Shown here in pieces: positions 9,800 through 18,917 of a stretch of 64,000 bases of DNA (position 1 is the first letter of the stretch; the number at the start of each line of letters is the position of its first letter). The notes beneath the pieces were generated by a model. That model saw only the letters and a program-made list of their open reading frames with translations. It did not search any database and was not told where the DNA came from. The stretch is from Candidatus Flemingiibacterium sp. (GTDB lineage: Bacteria; Bacillota; Clostridia; Oscillospirales; CAG-272). The position numbers and the translations under genes are program-made. The stretch is from positions 5,034 through 69,033 of the forward strand of contig JAZTXD010000102.1 in the NCBI GenBank assembly GCA_045636265.1. The letters are read 5' to 3'.

Positions 9800-11314
9800 A
9801 TGGCAGTACTTAGCACACTCACAAGGAAGATAGCAATTACCGGAACAAACCTTAAAAGTTTTGATGTAAACTGCGGAGTGCTTCGCACAAATTCGCTTGA
9901 ATGTTTGGCCGGGGATACGTTCATATGTATCCCCGGAACAAAGCTCGACGGGCATGATTTTATATGCACGGCGGTGCAGAACGGTGCGAGTCTTATCGTA
10001 TGTGAGCATGTTACGCCGTGGCTTCTGGAGCATCCCGAGGTTCACTATATCACAGTTGCAAACGCGCGTCTTGCCGTGGCTCATATGTGGAACGAATACT
10101 GCGGCAGACCCTCGGAAAAAATGATGCTCGTTGCCGTGACGGGAACAAACGGCAAAACATCGACCACATATTTTCTGCGCGAAATATTCAAGGCGGCAGG
10201 CTATAAAACCGGAGTTATCGGTACTGTTCGCTGTCTTATAGGCGACGGGGAAGCCATACTTACCGATGACAGTATGTCACACGTTAATTCCATGACCACG
10301 CCGGCGCCTGAGAAGCTATATCCGATGCTTGAGCGTATGGCGGATGCCGGGGTTGAGATCGTGTTTATGGAAGCGTCGTCACATTCGCTTTCCCAGTACA
10401 GACTTGATCCGCTTTTGTTTATTGCCGGAGTTTTCACGGGACTTACGCAGGATCATCTCGACTATCACGGTTCGATGGAAGAGTATTATCTCTCCAAACG
10501 CAGACTTTTCACCCTGTGCGGTGCGGCTGTTATAAATGCGGACGATGAGTACGGCGCAAGGCTTGCAAAAGAGATATCTGTGCCGTGTGCCATGTATTCG
10601 CCGCTTGGAAAAGTGGCTGATTTCACCGCATCACAGACAATATGCGACGGCTCGGACGGAATAAAGTATACATTCCGCGATAAAAGCGGAGAATGTAAAA
10701 TAAAATGCGGCTCGGTCGGCTCGTTTATGGTTGCCAACACGCTCGCTGCGGCAAGCGTTGCAAGACTTTTTGGCATAAAGCGTGAGGTTATTGCCAGAGC
10801 GCTTGAGGGCTGCCCTCAGATTCCCGGCAGAATGGAAAGAGTGCCGCTCCCCGATAATTGCGATTTTGAAATCTTTATCGACTATGCGCATACACCCGAT
10901 GCGCTTGAGCGTGTACTTCACTCACTCCTCGCGGCAAAGAAGCTAGGCGGCAGACTCGTTGTTCTGTTTGGATGCGGTGGGGACCGCGACAGAACAAAGC
11001 GTCCGATAATGGGACGTATCGCAACATCTCTTGCCGAGCTCACGGTTCTGACCGACGACAACAGCCGAAGCGAAAATCCGCGTGCTATAATATGCGATAT
11101 TCTTCGCGGCACGGTTTGCACAGCATGCTGTAAGGTTATAGAAAACAGAGAAGAAGCTATAAAATGGGTTATAGCAAATCACCGACCGAATGACACAATA
11201 CTACTTGCCGGCAAGGGGCATGAGGATTATGAAATATCCGCCGGCGGAAAACGTCCGTTTTCCGAAAAGGCGATAATATACGAAGCAGTTAAGCAATATT
11301 ACAACCGCGGCTGA
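9800..11314 (+). CDS. murE: UDP-N-acetylmuramoyl-L-alanyl-D-glutamate--2,6-diaminopimelate ligase
   Basis: Mur ligase P-loop VTGTNGKTST and C-terminal ENPR (DNPR-like, DAP-type) motif. dcw position. Confidence 0.9.
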   Translation: MAVLSTLTRKIAITGTNLKSFDVNCGVLRTNSLECLAGDTFICIPGTKLDGHDFICTAVQNGASLIVCEHVTPWLLEHPEVHYITVANARLAVAHMWNEYCGRPSEKMMLVAVTGTNGKTSTTYFLREIFKAAGYKTGVIGTVRCLIGDGEAILTDDSMSHVNSMTTPAPEKLYPMLERMADAGVEIVFMEASSHSLSQYRLDPLLFIAGVFTGLTQDHLDYHGSMEEYYLSKRRLFTLCGAAVINADDEYGARLAKEISVPCAMYSPLGKVADFTASQTICDGSDGIKYTFRDKSGECKIKCGSVGSFMVANTLAAASVARLFGIKREVIARALEGCPQIPGRMERVPLPDNCDFEIFIDYAHTPDALERVLHSLLAAKKLGGRLVVLFGCGGDRDRTKRPIMGRIATSLAELTVLTDDNSRSENPRAIICDILRGTVCTACCKVIENREEAIKWVIANHRPNDTILLAGKGHEDYEISAGGKRPFSEKAIIYEAVKQYYNRG

Positions 11315-11339
11315 CTACCATGCGAAAGGACTTGTAAAT

Positions 11340-12773
11340 ATGGGTATCAAGTATAAAAAGGCTATATTTAATACGGCGGAGCTTGCAGGAGTTCTGTCTG
11401 TGGATACGGATATTTGTGAAGACATAACATCTATAGTTACAGATTCCAGAGAAGCGCAGTCCGGCTCGCTTTTCGTTGCTCTGAAGGGTGAGAGATTTGA
11501 CGGACACGATTATATATCTCAGGCTATATCAAGAGGCGCTGCGGCAGTAATTGCCGAGCGTGTGCCGAGCGACGTTGAGGGTGCTGACGCAAAGCGTGTC
11601 ATGCTGTGCGAAAGCTCGCTTGAGGGTCTCGGAAAGGTTGCCGGTGCGTACAAGTCGCGTATCAGACCGAAGACTATCGCCGTAACAGGAAGTGTGGGCA
11701 AGACCACAACAAAAGAGTTTGTGTACGCTGTGGTGAGCGACATGTTCGCCGCGCACAAAACAGAGGGCAACTTCAATAACGAGATAGGCATGCCGCTGTC
11801 GGTATTGCAGATGCCCGAAGCAACGCAGGTCTGCGTGCTTGAAATGGGTATGAGCGGCCTTGGCGAAATATCGCGTATGACCGCCATTGCAAAGCCTGAC
11901 ATAGCTATAATAACAAACATCGGAAACTCACACATCGAGTGCCTTGGTTCGCGTGAGAATATCTGCAAAGCGAAGCTTGAAATCGCCGAGGGCGTTCCCG
12001 CGGGCGGCTGGGTCATTCTTAACGCAGATGAGCCGATGCTCTTCGCGCAGAAGGGCAAGCTCAAGCAGAATCTTCTTTTTGTGTCGCTTGAAAATCCGCT
12101 TGCGGACTACCGTGCGCTCAATATACGTGAGTATGAGGACAGCAGTGAGTTTGACCTTGTTGCGGGAAAGCGTGTGGTAACCAACATACGCATACCTACT
12201 ATAGGCAGACACAACGTATACGATGCAACCTACGCTTTCGCGGTTGGCGTTTTGCTCGGAATGACGGACGACCAGATAAAGCGCGGACTTATGTCATTCA
12301 GAAATACGGGAATGCGCCAGAACATCTATGAGTACGGCGGCATTACCATTATCGAGGACTGCTACAACGCAGGTCCCGAGTCGATGAAGGCGGCGGTTGA
12401 GGTGCTCTCGCGCATCGCGGATAAGAACGGATGCCGCACTGTTGCTGTACTTGGAGATATGCGTGAGCTTGGCGAATATTCAAAGCAGCTTCACATGGAA
12501 ATCGGAACGCTGGTGGCATCAAGACATATTTCAAATCTCGTAACCTTTGGACGCGAGGCGGAGAACATCGCGCTGGGCGCTATAAATCACGCGCTCAAGC
12601 CCGAGAATATAAGCATCAACACGGGAATCGATAATGTTGAGGCAACGGCAAAAACGATATATGAGCTCGTAAGTCCCGGCGATGCAGTGCTCTTTAAAGC
12701 GAGCCGTGCCGTAAAGCTTGAGCGTGTTATAGAAGAGCTCAAGCATCTTATAGACAGCAGAGCTGACAATTGA
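11340..12773 (+). CDS. murF: UDP-N-acetylmuramoyl-tripeptide--D-alanyl-D-alanine ligase
   Basis: VTGSVGKTTTKE P-loop and Mur ligase middle and C-terminal domains. dcw position. Confidence 0.9.
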   Translation: MGIKYKKAIFNTAELAGVLSVDTDICEDITSIVTDSREAQSGSLFVALKGERFDGHDYISQAISRGAAAVIAERVPSDVEGADAKRVMLCESSLEGLGKVAGAYKSRIRPKTIAVTGSVGKTTTKEFVYAVVSDMFAAHKTEGNFNNEIGMPLSVLQMPEATQVCVLEMGMSGLGEISRMTAIAKPDIAIITNIGNSHIECLGSRENICKAKLEIAEGVPAGGWVILNADEPMLFAQKGKLKQNLLFVSLENPLADYRALNIREYEDSSEFDLVAGKRVVTNIRIPTIGRHNVYDATYAFAVGVLLGMTDDQIKRGLMSFRNTGMRQNIYEYGGITIIEDCYNAGPESMKAAVEVLSRIADKNGCRTVAVLGDMRELGEYSKQLHMEIGTLVASRHISNLVTFGREAENIALGAINHALKPENISINTGIDNVEATAKTIYELVSPGDAVLFKASRAVKLERVIEELKHLIDSRADN

Positions 12774-12790
12774 GAGCGGAGGATAAGGTT

Positions 12791-13771
12791 ATGATAACAT
12801 ATTTTCTTGTTTCGCTTATAATGACATTTATAATTACCGCCATATCCGCACGTATTTTGATACCTAAGCTCAAGAGCATGAAGCTCGGTCAGCAGATACT
12901 CGATATCGGTCCTCGCTGGCACAAGAGCAAAGAGGGAACACCCACAATGGGCGGTATCAGCTTTATTATCGCATCTCTCATTTCGTTCGCCATAATGGCG
13001 GTCATTCTCGCGATAAAGGGTGAAACGGATGGGCTTGTAAGAGGGATAATCGTTATCCTATTTGCGCTTGCAAGCGGTGCTATCGGTGTTGTCGATGACA
13101 TGACAAAATTTAAAAATCACAGAAACGAAGGGCTTACCGCCGCACAGAAATATCTCCTGCAGCTAATTTCCGCCGGACTCTTCCTCGCGGCAATGAAGCT
13201 TACGGGAAACCTTGGGACAGAGCTTAATATCCCGTATTTCGGTGTCAGCGTTGAGCTTGGCGTGTTCTATTATATCTTCTCGATACTGCTTATTACCGGA
13301 ATCGTAAACGCTGTTAATCTTACCGACGGTATTGACGGACTTGCGAGCAGTGTTACACTTGCGGTTGGTGCATTTTTCGCTGTTGTCGCGTTTACACTCG
13401 GTTCTGCCGCGTCGGCGGTGGTTTCTGCGGTAGCCATGGGCGCATGCCTTGGATTTTTGGTTTACAACTTCTATCCGGCACGTGTATTCATGGGTGATAC
13501 CGGTTCACTCTTCCTCGGCGCGCTTGCCGTTGGAATGGCGTATATGATAGACAGTCCGCTGATTATCGTTATTGTCGGCATCGTTTATATAATGGAAGCG
13601 GTGTCGGTAATACTTCAGGTAGGATTTTACAAGCTTACAAAAAAGCGAATATTTAAAATGGCGCCGATACATCACCACTTTGAAAAGTGCGGTTGGTCGG
13701 AGCTTAAGGTTGTGGGCGTGTTCTCGCTTATAACCGTAATCGCCGGAGTGCTTGCATATTTCGGCATATAA
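12791..13771 (+). CDS. mraY: Phospho-N-acetylmuramoyl-pentapeptide transferase
   Basis: Polytopic membrane protein with PTMGG, NAVNLTDGIDGLA and APIHHHFE motifs. ATG at 12791 follows GGAGGA, so I preferred it to the TTG at 12770. Confidence 0.93.
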   Translation: MITYFLVSLIMTFIITAISARILIPKLKSMKLGQQILDIGPRWHKSKEGTPTMGGISFIIASLISFAIMAVILAIKGETDGLVRGIIVILFALASGAIGVVDDMTKFKNHRNEGLTAAQKYLLQLISAGLFLAAMKLTGNLGTELNIPYFGVSVELGVFYYIFSILLITGIVNAVNLTDGIDGLASSVTLAVGAFFAVVAFTLGSAASAVVSAVAMGACLGFLVYNFYPARVFMGDTGSLFLGALAVGMAYMIDSPLIIVIVGIVYIMEAVSVILQVGFYKLTKKRIFKMAPIHHHFEKCGWSELKVVGVFSLITVIAGVLAYFGI

Positions 13772-13790
13772 ATTTTTGGAGGTGTGAGGC

Positions 13791-15341
13791 TTGCACGACA
13801 ATAATCGAAATTATTACCACAAAACAGCTAATAATACACAGCGTGCATCCGGCACGCCGCAAAACAATGTACGAGTGCAAAATCAGCAAAACGGTAATGC
13901 GCGTGCGCCAATGCAGCCGCGTCGTACAGCCGCGTCAAACGGCAGCGCACAGCCGCAGCAAAACCGTTACCGCCAGAATGTTCGCCCCGGAAATGTACAG
14001 CAGGGACAGCGTCCAATGGTGCAGACGCAGGCGCATAACACATCTGCCGGCATACAGCAAAGAGTACCGCAATCGCAGAATAGAAACAACACAAAGAATA
14101 CAGCCTCCCGTGAGGATAGTACACTCAAGCGTGTGAAGCGTTGGGTTAAGAAGAACTATTCCGTTAACGAAAAGGCGGTTGCAGAGCGTGAGGCGATAAG
14201 ACTCAGTCTGGTTCGCGAAAAGGGAAGCATTGACTACGTATTTTTCATTCTCGTCTTACTTCTGCTCACATTCGGAACGATCATGGTTTATTCGGCAAGC
14301 TACGCTTTTGCGAAGACCGAATACGGCGACAGCTATCATATAATTTTCCGCCAGATAATATTCGTCATTGCCGGATTCATCGGTATGGCAGTTACCGCAA
14401 ACGTGCCGCCCGAATGGTTCAAGCGTTTGTCACTGCCGATCTTTTTGGGATGCCTTGTGATGCTTTGCATCGTTCCTATCCCGATTCCCGGCTTTACAGT
14501 GGTACATAACGGAGCAAGACGTTGGATAAACCTTGGATTTATCGAAATTCAGCCGTCCGAGTTTATGAAGCTTGGTCTTGCCATGATGCTTGCATGGTAT
14601 TTCGACCGCTTCTACGAGCGCCTTACTCCGCCGTCCAAAAAGTTTGACAGATACAAATACGGAGTTGTAACGCCTCTTGCAATAACAGGCGTTGTGTGCG
14701 TGCTTGTACTGATAGAAAAGCATCTTTCGGGTACAATAATTATGGCAGCTATCGGTGCCATACTGATTTTTGCCAGCGGCGCACCGAGTTTCTGGATGGT
14801 TCCCGGTATCGGTGCCGCTGGAGGCGTTCTCGCGATACTGATAGCTGTTCTGCCTCATGCGCGCAGACGTTACCAAATATGGCGCAACCCGTGGCTCGAT
14901 CCTCAAAATGCCGGATATCAGACGCTTCAGGGCTTGTATGCTATCGGTTCGGGAGGACTTTTCGGTGTGGGACTCGGAAACAGCTATCAGAAGCATCTGT
15001 TTGTTTCCATGCCTCATAACGACTTTATCTTCGTTATTGTGTGCGAAGAGCTTGGATTTATCGGAGCTGTTGCAGCTATACTACTCTTCGGACTTCTTGT
15101 GTGGCGCGGACTTATTATCGCTATGAACGCACCGGACGTATATTCCCAGCTTCTTACTATCGGTATAATAGGAAAAATCGCCGTACAGGCGGTACTCAAT
15201 ATCGCGGTTGTAACTAACTCGATTCCGAATACGGGAATCTCGCTTCCGTTCTTCTCATACGGAGGATCATCGCTTGTCGTGCTTATGGCGGAAATGGGCA
15301 TGGTTATGTCGATGTCACGTTATTCAAAGCTTAAAAAGTAA
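13791..15341 (+). CDS. ftsW: SEDS-family peptidoglycan polymerase FtsW/SpoVE with about 145-aa Q/N/R-rich N-terminal extension
   Basis: SEDS core from about residue 146 (SIDYVFFILVLLLLTFGTIMVYSAS ... LPFFSYGGSS). TTG start 10 nt after GGAGG. Confidence 0.88.
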   Translation: MHDNNRNYYHKTANNTQRASGTPQNNVRVQNQQNGNARAPMQPRRTAASNGSAQPQQNRYRQNVRPGNVQQGQRPMVQTQAHNTSAGIQQRVPQSQNRNNTKNTASREDSTLKRVKRWVKKNYSVNEKAVAEREAIRLSLVREKGSIDYVFFILVLLLLTFGTIMVYSASYAFAKTEYGDSYHIIFRQIIFVIAGFIGMAVTANVPPEWFKRLSLPIFLGCLVMLCIVPIPIPGFTVVHNGARRWINLGFIEIQPSEFMKLGLAMMLAWYFDRFYERLTPPSKKFDRYKYGVVTPLAITGVVCVLVLIEKHLSGTIIMAAIGAILIFASGAPSFWMVPGIGAAGGVLAILIAVLPHARRRYQIWRNPWLDPQNAGYQTLQGLYAIGSGGLFGVGLGNSYQKHLFVSMPHNDFIFVIVCEELGFIGAVAAILLFGLLVWRGLIIAMNAPDVYSQLLTIGIIGKIAVQAVLNIAVVTNSIPNTGISLPFFSYGGSSLVVLMAEMGMVMSMSRYSKLKK

Positions 15342-15364
15342 TTCTACAGATCGGGGATAAGCAA

Positions 15365-16492
15365 GTGAGAGTTTTAATGACGGGCGGCGGCACGGGAGGA
15401 CATGTGAATCCCGCTATTGCTATCGCCAACAATATAAAAGAAAATCAGCCGGGCAGTGAGATAGCGTTTGTCGGCACATCAAGAGGCATTGAAAATAAGC
15501 TCGTACCAAAGGAAGGGTATAAGCTGTATCACGTGGAGGTGCAGGGCTTCAAGCGGAAGCTTACCCCGTATAATATAAAATCCGCATGGCTTGCTCTTAC
15601 TTCACCTAAGAAGGCGAAAAAGCTGATACGTCAGTTCAAGCCTGACCTTGTTGTGGGAACGGGAGGATACGTCTGCTGGCCGCTTCTCAAGGCTGCGGCG
15701 GCAATGGGCGTGCCTACCGCAATACACGAAAGCAACGCTATACCGGGGGTTGCGGTAAAGATGTTGGCGCCCCACGTTGACCGCATCTATGTAAATTTTG
15801 ATGCTACGGCGGCGGCACTTGGACAGGCGTACAGCGAGAAGACCGTTAAGGTCGGCAATCCCATAAAACCCGAATTTTCCTCGATTGACCGCGATGCTGT
15901 CAGAAAATCGCTCGGAATAGGTGAAAAGTATAAATATTTCTTGCTTTCATACGGCGGAAGCATGGGCGCGGAAAAGGTGAACGATGAAATGCTCGCTTTT
16001 ATGCGCGATTACACAAAATCGCATCCCGAGCTTCTGCACATACACGCAACCGGCGCGATAGAGCATGAGGCTGCAACCGAGAAAGCACGTGAATACGGCG
16101 TTGACACATGTGAGAATATACACATTCGTGAATACATTTACAACATGCCCGAGCTTATGGCGGCGGCTGATGTTGTTGTGTCACGTGCCGGAGCAATGAC
16201 GCTTTCGGAGCTTGCAGCTCTTGAAAAATGCTGCGTACTCATTCCCTCGCCGCACGTTGCGGACAATCATCAGTACAAGAATGCAAAGGTGCTTGCCGAT
16301 GCCGGTGCCGCACTTCTGTTTGAAGAAAAAGAACTTATTTCAGACGTGCTCACAAAGGCGCTTGCATGTCTTATTGAGGATGAAGGGCAGAGAGGTGAAA
16401 TGTCCAAAAATATCGGAAAATTTGCACTCCCAGATGCCAACCGAAGCATATATCTCGACCTTTGTAAGCTGACAAGGAAAAATATGGGTTAA
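15365..16492 (+). CDS. murG: UDP-N-acetylglucosamine--LPS/lipid I N-acetylglucosamine transferase MurG
   Basis: MRVLMTGGGTGGHVNPAIAIA N-terminal motif and a C-terminal RAGAMTLSELAA motif. GTG start. Confidence 0.92.
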   Translation: MRVLMTGGGTGGHVNPAIAIANNIKENQPGSEIAFVGTSRGIENKLVPKEGYKLYHVEVQGFKRKLTPYNIKSAWLALTSPKKAKKLIRQFKPDLVVGTGGYVCWPLLKAAAAMGVPTAIHESNAIPGVAVKMLAPHVDRIYVNFDATAAALGQAYSEKTVKVGNPIKPEFSSIDRDAVRKSLGIGEKYKYFLLSYGGSMGAEKVNDEMLAFMRDYTKSHPELLHIHATGAIEHEAATEKAREYGVDTCENIHIREYIYNMPELMAAADVVVSRAGAMTLSELAALEKCCVLIPSPHVADNHQYKNAKVLADAGAALLFEEKELISDVLTKALACLIEDEGQRGEMSKNIGKFALPDANRSIYLDLCKLTRKNMG

Positions 16493-16549
16493 AAATGATA
16501 ATATAACGTGAAAAAAGCTTAAATAATCGTACAAATCGCGGTAAATTAC

Positions 16550-16579
16550 TTGACTTTTTCTACTCTGTCATGTTATAAT
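16550..16579 (+). promoter_or_regulatory. Sigma-A type promoter upstream of ftsQ
   Basis: TTGACT (16550-16555), 18-bp spacer, TATAAT (16574-16579). Confidence 0.5.
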
Positions 16580-16667
16580 TATTATAACGGCTGTATATTG
16601 GCTTTGTGTGCCTTGTGGCATGTGATGTCCTGTATCAGGCGAACACAAAATCACGGGGGGAGTTTCT

Positions 16668-17540
16668 ATGGATAATACAAACGACCGCCCGGAAAGTCGC
16701 TTTTTTGACGGTGACGAGCATGAACTCAGTGAACTCAAAAAGAAGCAGAGTATTCAGCGCTTTATACGCAGAAAGCGCAACCGAAAGCGAATCGCACGCA
16801 TTTTATATGCGCTTCTCTTTGCCGCAGTTATTACTGTATTCGTTATAATATGTGTTAGTTTCTTTTTCAGAATTGATAATATTGAAATAACAGGCACTTC
16901 ACATTACAGTCGTGATGAGGTTGTTTCCCTTGGAGGAATTTCCGAGGGGATGAGCATTTTTTCTGTGTCAAACCGAAGCTTTTCAGATGTTTCTGAAAAA
17001 TTGGCATACATAAAAGAGTTGAATGTTGTAAGAAGATTCCCCGATACGATAGTTATAACTGCCGTTGAGGACGAGCCGCGCTACTGGGCCGAAATTTACG
17101 GCGAATACTTTATACTGTCGGACGAGCTTCGCATACTTGAGAGAACGTTTGACGAGCCGCGTTCGGAGGATAGTTCTTTGATTGAGCTTTTGCTTCCGCA
17201 GATAGACAGTGCGTTGTTAGGAACCGAAATCGAATTTTCGGCGGATGTGTCACAGCGGTATGTGACGTCGTATATTGATGCGCTTGAATCCAGTCCCATG
17301 TATGAGCGCACAGATGCGTTTGATTTGAGAGATAGATTCAACCTTGCGCTTATAGCAAACGGCAAGTATATTGTAAAGCTTGGAAATGGCGATGAGTTGG
17401 GGACAAAGTTGACGGCTGTTGCGGGAATGCTCGGTCACGCTGCAATGTCTGACGGTATTCCGGCGAGCATTGATGCTACTGACCCTACACAGTGTCCGGT
17501 TATTAAAAATCCGGATTTAGTGGTCGAATTTAAGGATTAA
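16668..17540 (+). CDS. ftsQ: Cell division protein FtsQ/DivIB (POTRA domain)
   Basis: Basic N-terminus, single TM, then POTRA-like IDNIEITGTSHYSRDEVVSLGGISEGMSIFSV. Position is just before ftsZ. Confidence 0.75.
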   Translation: MDNTNDRPESRFFDGDEHELSELKKKQSIQRFIRRKRNRKRIARILYALLFAAVITVFVIICVSFFFRIDNIEITGTSHYSRDEVVSLGGISEGMSIFSVSNRSFSDVSEKLAYIKELNVVRRFPDTIVITAVEDEPRYWAEIYGEYFILSDELRILERTFDEPRSEDSSLIELLLPQIDSALLGTEIEFSADVSQRYVTSYIDALESSPMYERTDAFDLRDRFNLALIANGKYIVKLGNGDELGTKLTAVAGMLGHAAMSDGIPASIDATDPTQCPVIKNPDLVVEFKD

Positions 17541-17593
17541 CGGCATAAATTGTGCATTATTCGTAAAAAAATATTAAACTTTTTTAAAATAGC

Positions 17594-17622
17594 TTGAAAA
17601 AAAGCAAAAAAAATATTATTAT
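17594..17622 (+). promoter_or_regulatory. Candidate promoter upstream of ftsZ
   Basis: TTGAAA (17594-17599), 17-bp spacer, TATTAT (17617-17622) in a very AT-rich gap. Confidence 0.4.
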
Positions 17623-17698
17623 ATTATTATTGAGAGTTTTTTATCGAAGATTTTTTCGGTAAGTGTACCTATAAAAAATTTTAGGAGGATTTCAGAAC

Positions 17699-18820
17699 AT
17701 GGCAGTTGAATTTGACAACAGTTTCGGAGAGGTTAATATAAAAGTAATCGGTGTAGGCGGCGGCGGTAACAACGCTGTAAACCGCATGATCGCGGCTAAT
17801 GTACGCGGTGTTGAATTTATTGCTGTAAATACAGACAGACAGGCACTTGCAAAGTCCAATGCCGTAACAAAGATAGATATCGGTGAGAAGGTAACCAAGG
17901 GACGTGGCGCAGGTGCTAATCCCGAGGTTGGTGCAAGAGCTGCCGAGGAGTCCATTGAGGAGATAAAGAAGGCTCTTGAGGGAACTCATATGGTATTCGT
18001 TACCGCAGGCATGGGCGGCGGTACCGGTACGGGTGCGGCTCCTATCGTTGCTAAACTTGCAAAGGATATGGGCATTCTCACTGTCGGCGTTGTAACCAAG
18101 CCTTTCGCTTTCGAGGGCAAGGTTCGTATGCAGCAGGCAGAAACCGGCATCAAGAATCTTATCGAAGTTGTAGACTCCCTTATCATCGTTCCCAACGAAA
18201 GACTTAAGGAAGTTTCCGATACAAGAATCACTCTTCTCAACGCATTTGAGGTTGCCGATGACGTTCTGCGTCAGGGCGTACAGAGCGTTGCAGAGCTTAT
18301 CACAGTTGACGGTCTTATCAACCTCGACTTTGCTGACGTTACCGCTATCATGCTTGGCGCAGGCTATGCACACATGGGTGTCGGCGTTGCTACAGGTAAG
18401 GACAAGGCTACTCTCGCGGCAAAGGCTGCAATCTCCAGCCCGCTTCTCGAAACCTCTATCGCAGGCGCTCGCGGCATTATCGTAAGCATTACCGCATCTG
18501 CTGATATCGGACTCGAGGAAGTTGATGTTGCAGGTAACATGGTACGCGACGAGGCTCATCCCGATGCAAATGTTATCTTCGGTGTGGCTATCGATCCCGA
18601 TCTTCAGGACGAGATTCGCGTTACAGTTATCGCTACCGGATTCGACAGTGCTCCCAAGAGCATGCAGAACACAGTTGAGCAGCAGGCTGCAAAGCAAGCA
18701 ACTGCGGCTCCTGCAGCAGAAGTTAAGCCTGTAGAAGAAAAGAAGGAAGACGAGAACGAGCTTATCTCCGACGACGATTTCGGTGATATCCTCGACATCC
18801 TCCGTAACAACAAGGGCTAA
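17699..18820 (+). CDS. ftsZ: Cell division GTPase FtsZ
   Basis: [13 protein letters not shown] and tubulin signature [21 protein letters not shown]. Conserved C-terminal peptide [12 protein letters not shown]. Confidence 0.97.
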   Translation: MAVEFDNSFGEVNIKVIGVGGGGNNAVNRMIAANVRGVEFIAVNTDRQALAKSNAVTKIDIGEKVTKGRGAGANPEVGARAAEESIEEIKKALEGTHMVFVTAGMGGGTGTGAAPIVAKLAKDMGILTVGVVTKPFAFEGKVRMQQAETGIKNLIEVVDSLIIVPNERLKEVSDTRITLLNAFEVADDVLRQGVQSVAELITVDGLINLDFADVTAIMLGAGYAHMGVGVATGKDKATLAAKAAISSPLLETSIAGARGIIVSITASADIGLEEVDVAGNMVRDEAHPDANVIFGVAIDPDLQDEIRVTVIATGFDSAPKSMQNTVEQQAAKQATAAPAAEVKPVEEKKEDENELISDDDFGDILDILRNNKG

Positions 18821-18840
18821 TCCGAATACTTAAAAATAGA

Positions 18841-18872
18841 ACAGCCGTTACAATAGTAACGGCTGTTTTTTT
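18841..18872 (+). terminator. Rho-independent terminator after ftsZ
   Basis: ACAGCCGTTA-CAATAG-TAACGGCTGT followed by TTTTTT. Confidence 0.8.
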
Positions 18873-18877
18873 GGTAT

Positions 18878-18907
18878 AAAAAAGTCACCGGCAACGCCGG
18901 TGACTTT
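18878..18907 (-). terminator. Rho-independent terminator after the minus-strand hydrolase gene
   Basis: Minus strand reads AAAGTCACCGGCGTTGCCGGTGACTTTTTT. Confidence 0.75.
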
Positions 18908-18917
18908 GATTTTATCT

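Noticed and set aside
16606-16848. An 80-aa ORF overlapping the ftsQ 5' region.
   Set aside because: It starts right after the predicted transcription start with no RBS and overlaps the better-supported ftsQ frame.
17681-18697. A 338-aa ORF antisense to ftsZ.
   Set aside because: It is a shadow ORF of a highly conserved gene, Cys/Asn/Ser-rich, and has no independent expression signals.
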